A stretch of 64,000 nucleotides of DNA from an uncultured Thermoleophilia bacterium. GTDB taxonomy: Bacteria > Actinomycetota > Thermoleophilia > Gaiellales > Gaiellaceae. Of the stretch, positions 20,856 through 29,720 are shown one piece after another. Position 1 is the stretch's first letter; every line of letters starts with the position of its first letter. The notes below the pieces were generated by a model. That model saw only the letters and a list, made by a program, of their open reading frames with translations, had not been told where the DNA came from and did not search any database. The DNA lies in the NCBI GenBank assembly GCA_963757255.1, contig CAVWQY010000004.1, positions 172,897 through 236,896 of the forward strand, written 5' to 3'. Made by a program: the position numbers and the translations under genes.

Positions 20856-21779
20856 TCAGACCGCGAGCGGCTCGCGCAGGCGCTCACCTGCGCATGCCGA
20901 GCGCGCTGCATCCACGAACGCAGCGGCGTCGGGACGGGACGGCTGGAGGCGGCTCCAGACTGCCGCGATGCTCCTGGGCGCGACGAGCCCGTCGGCAAGC
21001 TCGACCACCTGTGTCTCGGCGCGCCGCTCGTCGGCTGCGATCCGCGGCACGACCGCGGCGCCGAGCCCGGCGGCGACGAGCCCCTGCACGGCGGTGCCGG
21101 TCTCCGCCTCGAGCACGAAGCGGGCGTCGATGCCCTGCAGGCGGAGGTGCTCCTCGACGTGCGTGCGCGAAGGCGCGTGCGCGATCAGCGGCAGGCGGCC
21201 GAGCTCTGCGCTCGTCACGGGGCGGCGGCGGCGGCCGAGCGGCGCCCCGGCCTGCAGGACGAGGACGAAGGCGTCGCTGCAGAGCAGCACGGCGTCGAGC
21301 GGCCCCTTCGGCAGCGGCGTCTCCGCGAGGACGAGATCGAGCTCACCCCGCACGAGCGCGGCGAGCAGCGCGCGGGACGTCGGCGTCTCGTGCAGCGTCA
21401 CCGGCGCGCCGTAGACGCGCAGGAGCGACGGCACGAGCCGGGCCAGCAGATCGGGAGTCGCGCCGACGCGCAGCGCCGCCATCCCGTTGCCGTCGAGCGC
21501 CGCGAGGTCCGCCTGGGCGGCGCGCACCCGGGCGATCACCGCGTCTGCATGCGCGAGCAGGATCTCGCCGGCCGGCGTCAGCTCGAGCGGACGCGTCCCG
21601 CGTGACCGCTCGATCAAGCGCTTCCCCGTCAGGTTCTCGAGCGCGGCGATCTGATGGCTGATCGCCGACTGCACGTAGCCCAGGCGCGTCGCCGCCCGGC
21701 GGAACGAGCCTTCCCGCGCGACCGCGTCGAGCGCGGCGAGATGGCGCAACTCGATCCCGGCCCACCATTCTCCCGCCAT
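20856..21779 (-). CDS. LysR-family transcriptional regulator
   Basis: HTH LRHLAALDAVAREGSFRRAATRLGYVQSAISHQIAALE. Start set at MAGEWW. Confidence 0.88.
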   Translation of the reverse strand: MAGEWWAGIELRHLAALDAVAREGSFRRAATRLGYVQSAISHQIAALENLTGKRLIERSRGTRPLELTPAGEILLAHADAVIARVRAAQADLAALDGNGMAALRVGATPDLLARLVPSLLRVYGAPVTLHETPTSRALLAALVRGELDLVLAETPLPKGPLDAVLLCSDAFVLVLQAGAPLGRRRRPVTSAELGRLPLIAHAPSRTHVEEHLRLQGIDARFVLEAETGTAVQGLVAAGLGAAVVPRIAADERRAETQVVELADGLVAPRSIAAVWSRLQPSRPDAAAFVDAARSACAGERLREPLAV

Positions 21780-21877
21780 GATCGGTGTGACGCGCGCGGC
21801 GCGCCGCAGTTGTGCGGATCGGGCTCCGTAACAACGCCTTAACATCTGACGCGGGGCCGAAAAGGCGCACGAACGAG

Positions 21878-21903
21878 GAGAAGCTCCCTTCCGGGAGCTT
21901 CTC
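21878..21903 (-). terminator. hairpin downstream of the peroxiredoxin gene
   Basis: Perfect 11-bp stem GAGAAGCTCCC/GGGAGCTTCTC with a 4-nt loop. A moderately U-rich tail follows on the minus strand. Confidence 0.6.
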
Positions 21904-21930
21904 GGGTCGAGCTCGGTCGCGGTGCGCGCG

Positions 21931-22590
21931 TCAGCTCGGCTGCGGCACGATCCGGATGTAGGGCTTGGGCGACTCCCAGCCGTCCGGGTACGCCTGCTTG
22001 GCGTCCTCGTCCGAGACGGAGCCGGCGATGATCACGTCGCCGCCCTGCTGCCACTGCGCCGGCGTCGCCACCTTGTGCTTCGCCGTCAACTGCAGTGAAT
22101 CGACCACCCTCAGCACCTCGTCGAAGTTGCGCCCGGTCGTCATCGGATAGACGAGGAGGAGCTTGATCTTCTTGTCCGGCCCGATCACGAAGACGTTGCG
22201 CACCGTCTGGTTGTCGGCAGGCGTGCGCTGGGTCGGATCGCCGGTGGTATCGGCGGGAAGCATCCCGTAGAGCTTCGAGACGTTGAAGTCGACGTCGCCG
22301 ATCATCGGATAGTTCGGGGCGAACCCCTGGGTCTCCTCGATGTCGGCCGCCCACTTCTCGTGGTTGGAGACCGGGTCGACCGACAGCCCGATGATCTTGA
22401 CGTCCCTGCGGTCGAATTCGGGCTTGATCTTCGCGAGGTAGCCGAGCTCGGTCGTGCACACGGGCGTGAAGTCCCTGGGATGCGAGAAGAGCACGGCCCA
22501 TGAGTCGCCCAGCCAGTCGTAAAAGCGGATCGGGCCTTCCGTCGTCTCCGCCTCGAAATCCGGTGCCGTGTCGCCAATCTGCAGAGCCAT
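21931..22590 (-). CDS. 1-Cys/Prx6-type peroxiredoxin
   Basis: MALQIGDTAPDFEA..WAVLFSHPRDFTPVCTTELG. 219 aa. Confidence 0.92.
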   Translation of the reverse strand: MALQIGDTAPDFEAETTEGPIRFYDWLGDSWAVLFSHPRDFTPVCTTELGYLAKIKPEFDRRDVKIIGLSVDPVSNHEKWAADIEETQGFAPNYPMIGDVDFNVSKLYGMLPADTTGDPTQRTPADNQTVRNVFVIGPDKKIKLLLVYPMTTGRNFDEVLRVVDSLQLTAKHKVATPAQWQQGGDVIIAGSVSDEDAKQAYPDGWESPKPYIRIVPQPS

Positions 22591-22726
22591 CTGCGTTCTC
22601 CTGTTCGTGGTCGCTTGTTGTTCGTGCCCGGACGACCGGTCGCGCCGGCCCTCGCCGTCCCATTCAGAAACGCATAAAGATGCGTAATTCTTCCAATTAG
22701 GCCCCACGGCCGCAAGGCCCGCCCGG

Positions 22727-23932
22727 TCAGCCGCCGATCGTCAGGCTCTCGAGGTCGCTCGGGTAGTCGGTGAGGATGTCGATGCCGTCGGGAGTGACGG
22801 CGACGGTGTCCGAGTGCCGGAAGCCGCCGACCCCGGCGTCGTAGAGGCCCGGCTCGATCGTGAAGACCATCCCGGGCTCGATCGGCGTCGGATCCCCGAG
22901 GTCGAGGAACGGCGCCTCGTGGTTGCGCAGGCCGATCGCATGGCCGGTGTGCTGGCGCCAGTAGGGCAGCAAGGCGTGCTCCTCGAAGTAGCGCATCACG
23001 GCGCCGTCGACCTCGGCGCAGGTCACGCCGGGACGGAGCGCGTCGAACGCGACCCGTTGCGCCGCGACGGTGTGGTCGAAGAGGCGGCGCATCTCTGGCG
23101 TGGGCGGCCCGATGATCATGGCGCGCTCGAGCTCCGCGTTGTAGCCCCAGATCGGCGCGCTCGTCTCGGAGACGAGCACGTCTCCCACCTGGAACTCGAT
23201 GTTGTGGGCGACCGCGTGCGCCCACGAGCTGCGCAGGCCGATCTGCCCTCGGTACCCGGCCGAGACGCCGTCGGAGGAGGCCTGCTGCCCGCCGTAGTCC
23301 TCGCCGAGCGTCTGCAGCATCGCGATCGTGGCATCGTGGCCCGCGCGCAGGCTCACCTCGGCCTCGGTGGCCCCGGGGCGCGTGAGCTGCTGCAACAGGC
23401 GATGGGCGTACTCGCACCAGCGCGCGCTCTCGCGGATGAGCGCGATCTCGGTCTCGCTCTTGCGCGCCATCATGCTCTCGATGACACCCGCGAGGGGCGC
23501 GACGGCGCTCTCCGTCACCTCGCGGAGTGTCGGCCCCTGGTAGCCGAGGATGCCGGGATACCCGTCCTGGTCGGCGCCGATCGCCTCCCGGATGCCGAGC
23601 TCCGCCAGCACGCGGGCAAGGATCCGCATCGGGTGCTCGATGCCCGGGTACTCCGGGTACGACTCGATCCGGTCGAAGGCCGTCTCGGCGCGAACGCGAT
23701 CCACCTCGAACTCGGGGACGAGCACGACCATCTCGCCCGCGGCGCTCTGGGCGAACACGACAGGCCGTTCGGTGGCGAGGAAGCCGAAGCTCGTGAAGTA
23801 CTGGATGTAGTGCTGGTCGAACAGCACGTAACCGGTGAGCCGCTCGCGCCGCACGCGCTCGAGCAGCCGCTCGCGCCGCGCCTCCAGCTCGGCGGCCGGG
23901 GTGCCCGTGCGCGGTTGGGTGCTCTGTTCCAC
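22727..23932 (-). CDS. M24-family metallopeptidase (Xaa-Pro aminopeptidase/creatinase-like)
   Basis: 401 aa. C-terminal pita-bread fold motifs HTGHAIGLRNHEAP, GMVFTIEPGLY and FRHSDTVAV. Confidence 0.85.
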   Translation of the reverse strand: MEQSTQPRTGTPAAELEARRERLLERVRRERLTGYVLFDQHYIQYFTSFGFLATERPVVFAQSAAGEMVVLVPEFEVDRVRAETAFDRIESYPEYPGIEHPMRILARVLAELGIREAIGADQDGYPGILGYQGPTLREVTESAVAPLAGVIESMMARKSETEIALIRESARWCEYAHRLLQQLTRPGATEAEVSLRAGHDATIAMLQTLGEDYGGQQASSDGVSAGYRGQIGLRSSWAHAVAHNIEFQVGDVLVSETSAPIWGYNAELERAMIIGPPTPEMRRLFDHTVAAQRVAFDALRPGVTCAEVDGAVMRYFEEHALLPYWRQHTGHAIGLRNHEAPFLDLGDPTPIEPGMVFTIEPGLYDAGVGGFRHSDTVAVTPDGIDILTDYPSDLESLTIGG

Positions 23933-23968
23933 GACCGTGTCGATCCTAACGCCCTGCGACCGCCCGCC

Positions 23969-25942
23969 TCAGCGCACCAGGGCCGCCCTCCGGGCCGGGT
24001 GCACCCGTGTCGGCTGGTCGCCGACCACCGGCCGGTAGCCGGCGAAGCGGGACTCGAGCACGCCCTCGCCGCCGGTGAGCCCCGGCAGCTGCCGCTGCAG
24101 GTCTTGCGCCCGCGCCGCCGGCAGCACGGCCTCGAGCGTCGCGAGCTTCCCGGCCAGCGACGGCGCCTCGACGGAAGCGCCGAGCCGTGCAAGAGCGGCG
24201 GTCACGGAGCCCATGGCGGTCGCCGGCAGCTCGAGACCGACTCGATCGAACGGCTCGCAGACCACGGTTCCCGCGTCCTCGAGCGCCTGCCGGAGGACGA
24301 GCGGCGTGAGCTTGCGGAAATCGGCGGCCGTGCTGAGCGGCCCCCGTCGTGACGGAGGGCCGTCCGGGACGCTGTAGATGCACCTGGTCATCGTCACGAC
24401 GCAGTCGTTGACGAGCCAGCCGAAGCGGCCCTCCTGCAGCGCTTCGCGCACGTAGCCGTCCATGTGCTGCGTGAAGCTGTCGAGCGTCTTGTAGATGTAG
24501 AGAGGGACCGAGCTGTGGTCGAGCGGCAGCCGAAGCTCCACCCCCGACCCGGCCGGCGCCGGCTCGACGCGGAAGCCGATCGTCGCGAGATACGGATTCG
24601 ACTCCGCATGGAGGAGCTCGACCGCCTCGCCCGGGCCGATGGGCCGCTCGATGTAGATCGGCGTCGTCTCGTCGAAGGTGACGTCGAGGCCGAACTCGTC
24701 CGCCAGCGTCGCCTGGATGACTTCCTTCTGCACCTCGCCGTAGAGCGAGACCGAAAGCTCCCGGCGGGTGTCGTCCTGCCGTACGTTGATCAGCGGATCC
24801 TGCTCGGCGAGCTGCGCGAGCGCGACCCGGAGCCGTGCACCGTCGTCCGGATCGCCGGCGACGACGACCGACTCGAGCGTCGGCGGGGGAAACTGGTGCG
24901 CTTCACCCTCCGCCCCGGGCTCGCCGAACCGGTCGCCGATCTGGATCCCGCCGAGCCCCCAGAGCTTCGCGACCTCACCCGCGGACACGGACGGACGCTG
25001 AACTGCGGGCCCGTGCCGGAAGACCGCGACCGCGGTGACCTTGTCCTCGAGACCGCGGCCGAACTGCAGCCGGTCGCGGGTGCGGATCGTTCCCGAGAAC
25101 ATGCGGACGTACGCGATCTTCTCGCCGCTCCGTCCCCGTTCGATCTTGAAGACCGTCCCGGAGACGGGACCGTCGGGGTCGCCTGCGGCTGCCGGCAGCA
25201 ACTCCGCGAGCCCGGCCAGCAGCGGCTCCACCCCGGCGCCGGTGACGGCCGAGCCGAAGAAGACGGGATGCACGAGCGCCTGCGCCGTCTGCACTGCGAG
25301 CACCTCGCGCAGAAGGCGGTACGGGACATTCGCGTCGTCCTCGACGTACGCCGCCAGGATCGCCTCGTCGCGCTCCGCGAGCAGCTCGGCGACGCGAGCC
25401 CGGAACTCCGGATCGTCCGCTCCGGAGAGCCTGAAGTCGGCAGCGCGAGTGCCGAGCTCGCGCGTCGTCCCCATCGGGACGATTGCGGTCGTGAGGCGCT
25501 CGGCGATCGCCTGCAGCACACGCTCCTCAACGGCCCCGGCGCGGTCGATCTTGTTCACGAAGATCAGCGTCGGGATGCGGAGCCGCTGCAGGGCGCGCAT
25601 CAGGATGCGCGTCTGCGGCTGCACACCCTCCACGGCGGAGATCACGAGGACAGCGCCGTCGAGCACGCTCAGGACGCGTTCGACCTCTGCGATGAAATCC
25701 GGGTGCCCGGGCGTGTCGATCAGGTTGACGGTGACGTCGTCGATCGCGAACGACGCGACAGCCGATCTGATCGTGATTCCCCGCTGGCGTTCCAGCGGCA
25801 GAAAGTCGGTCTGGGTCGTGCCGGCATCGACGCTCCCGATCGCGTCGATCACACCCGCCGAATAGAGCAGGCGCTCCGTGAGAGTTGTCTTACCGGCGTC
25901 TACATGCGCCAGGATCCCCAAGTTCAACGTTTGCTGCAACAC
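23969..25942 (-). CDS. Tet(M)/Tet(O)/OtrA-like ribosomal-protection-type translational GTPase
   Basis: GTG start with GGAGGG 8 nt upstream. Motifs GILAHVDAGKTTLTE, DTPGH and NKID. EF-G-like domains without the full EF-G length (657 aa). TAADFRKLTPLVL matches the Tet(M) TPADFRMLAPIVL region. Confidence 0.8.
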   Translation of the reverse strand: MLQQTLNLGILAHVDAGKTTLTERLLYSAGVIDAIGSVDAGTTQTDFLPLERQRGITIRSAVASFAIDDVTVNLIDTPGHPDFIAEVERVLSVLDGAVLVISAVEGVQPQTRILMRALQRLRIPTLIFVNKIDRAGAVEERVLQAIAERLTTAIVPMGTTRELGTRAADFRLSGADDPEFRARVAELLAERDEAILAAYVEDDANVPYRLLREVLAVQTAQALVHPVFFGSAVTGAGVEPLLAGLAELLPAAAGDPDGPVSGTVFKIERGRSGEKIAYVRMFSGTIRTRDRLQFGRGLEDKVTAVAVFRHGPAVQRPSVSAGEVAKLWGLGGIQIGDRFGEPGAEGEAHQFPPPTLESVVVAGDPDDGARLRVALAQLAEQDPLINVRQDDTRRELSVSLYGEVQKEVIQATLADEFGLDVTFDETTPIYIERPIGPGEAVELLHAESNPYLATIGFRVEPAPAGSGVELRLPLDHSSVPLYIYKTLDSFTQHMDGYVREALQEGRFGWLVNDCVVTMTRCIYSVPDGPPSRRGPLSTAADFRKLTPLVLRQALEDAGTVVCEPFDRVGLELPATAMGSVTAALARLGASVEAPSLAGKLATLEAVLPAARAQDLQRQLPGLTGGEGVLESRFAGYRPVVGDQPTRVHPARRAALVR

Positions 25943-26003
25943 GCGTCATACCCTCCGAATAGGTCATGAAGCCCTTTTCGATTGAGATGAACGCGTGACG
26001 CAT
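25890..26003 (-). promoter_or_regulatory. candidate leader peptide uORF (37 codons) overlapping the SD and start of the Tet(M)-like gene
   Basis: AAGGAG lies 5 nt upstream of ATG 26003. Sequence MRHAFISIEKGFMTYSEGMTRVAANVELGDPGACRRR. Codons 17-18 are the main gene's SD, and the uORF ends 50 nt inside the main ORF. Confidence 0.4.
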
Positions 26004-26051
26004 GCTCGCTCCTTGGTCGATCGGCGCAACGTGGTGCTCGCGTGATGATAC

Positions 26052-26083
26052 GGGAAAACGATGCGAGGCCCTGGGGGCCTCGC
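26052..26083 (-). terminator. hairpin downstream of tRNA-Ala
   Basis: On the minus strand: GCGAGGCC-CCCAG-GGCCTCGC followed by AUCGUUUUCC. Confidence 0.5.
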
Positions 26084-26089
26084 GGTGGA

Positions 26090-26599
26090 TCAGGTGGACC
26101 CAGTCGGGCTCGAACCGACGACCTCCGCCATGCCATGGCGGCGCTCTCCCAGCTGAGCTATGGGCCCCAGCGTGGTCTGCGGCAGTTTAGCGCCGAACTC
26201 GTAGTCGCTTGCCAGGCGTATGCCAAGCCGCTGATTGTTCCTTGGCGCCGAGATCCGCAGATGCAGTTGAAGTGCGCCGTCGATCGCCTCGTACGGGATC
26301 AGGTAGCAGCGATCGAGATCGGGACAATAGGCGGCGAGAGCGTCGAACTCGCCGTGCACATACGGTCGCCGGACGAGACCGCTCCGCGCCCGGCGGGTCG
26401 AGTACGAGCGGATGATCACCACCTCACCGTGCAAGGGCGCCCATTTGCATTGGACGCGGAGTAGTCGCTCGCCGGTGTCGAAGATCAGGTCGTACCTACC
26501 GCCCTCGATCGCCGGACGATAAACGTCGTAGCTCATCTCGAGGCCGGCTTTCATGATCGCTGCCTCGGCGATCGCGCCCTTCTGATTCGTCGTCAACAC
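26090..26599 (-). CDS. group I intron-associated-type PD-(D/E)XK endonuclease homolog; ORF runs through the tRNA-Ala gene
   Basis: GTG 26599. Sequence QKGAIAEAAIMKAGLEMSYDVYRPAIEGGRYDLIFD..LLRVQCKW (D..QxK core). The last 26 codons (LGPIAQLGERRHGMAEVVGSSPTGST) are the tRNA sequence. GC3 is visibly lower than in neighbouring genes. Confidence 0.7.
   Translation of the reverse strand: MLTTNQKGAIAEAAIMKAGLEMSYDVYRPAIEGGRYDLIFDTGERLLRVQCKWAPLHGEVVIIRSYSTRRARSGLVRRPYVHGEFDALAAYCPDLDRCYLIPYEAIDGALQLHLRISAPRNNQRLGIRLASDYEFGAKLPQTTLGPIAQLGERRHGMAEVVGSSPTGST
26095..26167 (-). tRNA. tRNA-Ala (anticodon GGC)
   Basis: 73 nt folded by hand: GGGCCCA-TA-GCTC-AGCTGGGA-GAGC-G-CCGCC-ATGGCAT-GGCGG-AGGTC-GTCGG-TTCGAGC-CCGAC-TGGGTCC-A. 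Has the G3:U70 Ala identity pair. CCA is not encoded. Confidence 0.95.
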
Positions 26600-26658
26600 C
26601 GACAACAGCCTACCCGCGCGATCGGACGGAATGTTGCCCGTCCTGGCGACAGGTCCGG

Positions 26659-27015
26659 TTAGGCCGTGGCCGCTTCGACGGCCTCGTGCGGGACGTCGTC
26701 CCAGAGGTCTTCGAGGCGGTAGAACGTGCGCGCTTCCGGCGTGAAGACATGGAGGACGACGTCGGTGTAGTCGCCGATGATCCACGTCGCTTCGGCCGCG
26801 CCCTCGGTCGAGCGGGGGAGCAGCGCGTTCTCGTGCTTCAGGCGTGCGTGCACCTCGTCCCAGATGCTCTTCACCTGGCGGGGGTTGCCGCCGGTGCACA
26901 CGACGAAGTAGTCCGTGTAGGCGCACACGGGCCGCATGTCGAGGATGACCACGTCGCGGGCGAGCTTGTCCTGGGCGAGCGCCGCGATCCGGCGAGCTTG
27001 TTCGATAGGGCTCAA
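26659..27015 (-). CDS. rsfS: ribosome silencing factor RsfS (iojap)
   Basis: DVVILDMRPVCAYTDYFVVCTGGNPRQVKSI..DYTDVVLHVFTPEARTFYRLEDLW. Confidence 0.93.
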   Translation of the reverse strand: MSPIEQARRIAALAQDKLARDVVILDMRPVCAYTDYFVVCTGGNPRQVKSIWDEVHARLKHENALLPRSTEGAAEATWIIGDYTDVVLHVFTPEARTFYRLEDLWDDVPHEAVEAATA

Positions 27016-27037
27016 ACGACCGGGATTGTACCGGGCT

Positions 27038-27591
27038 TCAGGGGCCGTACAGGGTCTCGGCCTCGATCAGCGCTGCGACCGCAGGCGGCACCTCGCCTGC
27101 GACGCTCGTCCCCGCCGCCAGGCGGGCCCGCAGCTCGCGGGAGGCAACCGGGGTCGGCTCGAGGTCGAAGAAGAGGACGCGCTCGGGGTGATCCAGCTGC
27201 GCCAGCACCCCCTCGAGGCGTTCCTGGGGGAACCCGGGCCGGGTCGCGACCGCGAGGCGCGTGCGCCGGAGCACCTCCTGCGGCTTCTTCCAGGACGGGA
27301 AGTCGACGAACTGGTCGGCGCCGATCACGAAGACCGGATCAGCCCACTCGGGGTGCGCACGGAGCGTGTCGATCGTGCGCGCGTGCTCGTCCAGCAGCAC
27401 CTCGTCGCCGGGGAAGGCGGCGCGGGCGAGCCGCAGGCGCGCGTCCGCCGGCGTGTCGACGTGCTTGTGGCCGGGGTCCGCCGAGACCAGCACGACGAGC
27501 CGGTCCAGACCGAGCTCTTCCTTCGCACGGCGCGCAAGCTCGACATGGCCGCGATGCGGCGGGTCGAACGAGCCGCCGTACAGGCCGACCA

Positions 27592-27592
<1 letters not shown>
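27038..27592 (-). CDS. nadD: nicotinate-nucleotide adenylyltransferase
   Basis: MVGLYGGSFDPPHRGHVELA. The ATG overlaps the obg stop (ATGA). Confidence 0.92.
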
Positions 27593-28821
<1,229 letters not shown>

Positions 28822-29085
28822 CTAGGAGCCCGAGTCGACCGGCTCGATCGACACGAAGCGGCGCTCGCCGCTCGTGCGGAACGTGACCGTGCCGGGGCGG
28901 TTCGCGAAGATCGTGTGGTCGCGGCCGATCTCGGTGCCGGGGCCGGGCCGGAACTTCGTGCCGCGCTGGCGGACGATGATGTTGCCGGCGACGGCGGACT
29001 GGCCGCCGAACATCTTGACCCCGAGGTACTTCGGATTCGAGTCGCGACCGTTCTTGGAGGAGCCGAGGCCCTTCTTGTGTGCCAT
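28822..29085 (-). CDS. rpmA: 50S ribosomal protein L27
   Basis: [34 protein letters not shown]. Confidence 0.97.
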   Translation of the reverse strand: MAHKKGLGSSKNGRDSNPKYLGVKMFGGQSAVAGNIIVRQRGTKFRPGPGTEIGRDHTIFANRPGTVTFRTSGERRFVSIEPVDSGS

Positions 29086-29634
29086 CTACGCGTCCTCCTC
29101 CTTCGCCTTGAGTGCAGATTCGAGCGCGGTGATCGCGCCCTTGCGCGCCGCATGCCCCTGCTCGAAGGCAAGTGCGGCCTCGAGCATCGGGCGGTTCCAG
29201 GTCTTTGCGCCTTCGGACACGCCTGCGACCGTCAGTTCCTCGTAGCCGGCCGGCATGCCCTTGACATGGTCGTCGGCCTCGGACGGGGTGTCCGCGGCAA
29301 CCGCGGGAGCTGCCTCGACGGCAGGCGCGGCGGGCTCGCTCTTCTTCTTGGCCGCCTGCTTCGGGGCGCCGAGCGAGATCTCGATGCGCGACGTGGCGGC
29401 GCGGAAGCCGTTGTGCCGCTTGTAGCCGGTGCGCTTGCGGTACTTGCCGATCAGGAGCTTCGGGCCGCGCTCGTGCGCGAGCACCGTGGCGGTCACCTTC
29501 ACGCCGTCGTCGCCGAGCAGGACGTCGGGGGAGAAGCTCTTCCCCTCCTCGGTCTTGAGCCGGTCCACGACGAGATACTCGCCCTCACGGACGCGGTATT
29601 GCTTGCCGCCCAAACGGATGATCGCATAGTCCAT
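29086..29634 (-). CDS. rplU: 50S ribosomal protein L21 with an approximately 80-aa C-terminal extension
   Basis: [47 protein letters not shown], then an Ala/Pro/Lys-rich linker and a helical tail. The TAG abuts the rpmA ATG. Confidence 0.9.
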   Translation of the reverse strand: MDYAIIRLGGKQYRVREGEYLVVDRLKTEEGKSFSPDVLLGDDGVKVTATVLAHERGPKLLIGKYRKRTGYKRHNGFRAATSRIEISLGAPKQAAKKKSEPAAPAVEAAPAVAADTPSEADDHVKGMPAGYEELTVAGVSEGAKTWNRPMLEAALAFEQGHAARKGAITALESALKAKEEDA

Positions 29635-29720
29635 AAGCGTGGAAAATCGCGAGCTCGGGCCCGCGAATTCGCCGGAAGTGTAGCGACTCCGCCTCGGAGC
29701 CGTCCACCTGACGCGGCGCT

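Noticed and set aside
26000-26700. tRNA-Ala as an integration site of a genomic island or prophage
   Set aside because: I looked for an integrase, a duplicated tRNA 3' segment (att) or phage genes on either side and found none. Only the single endonuclease gene looks foreign.
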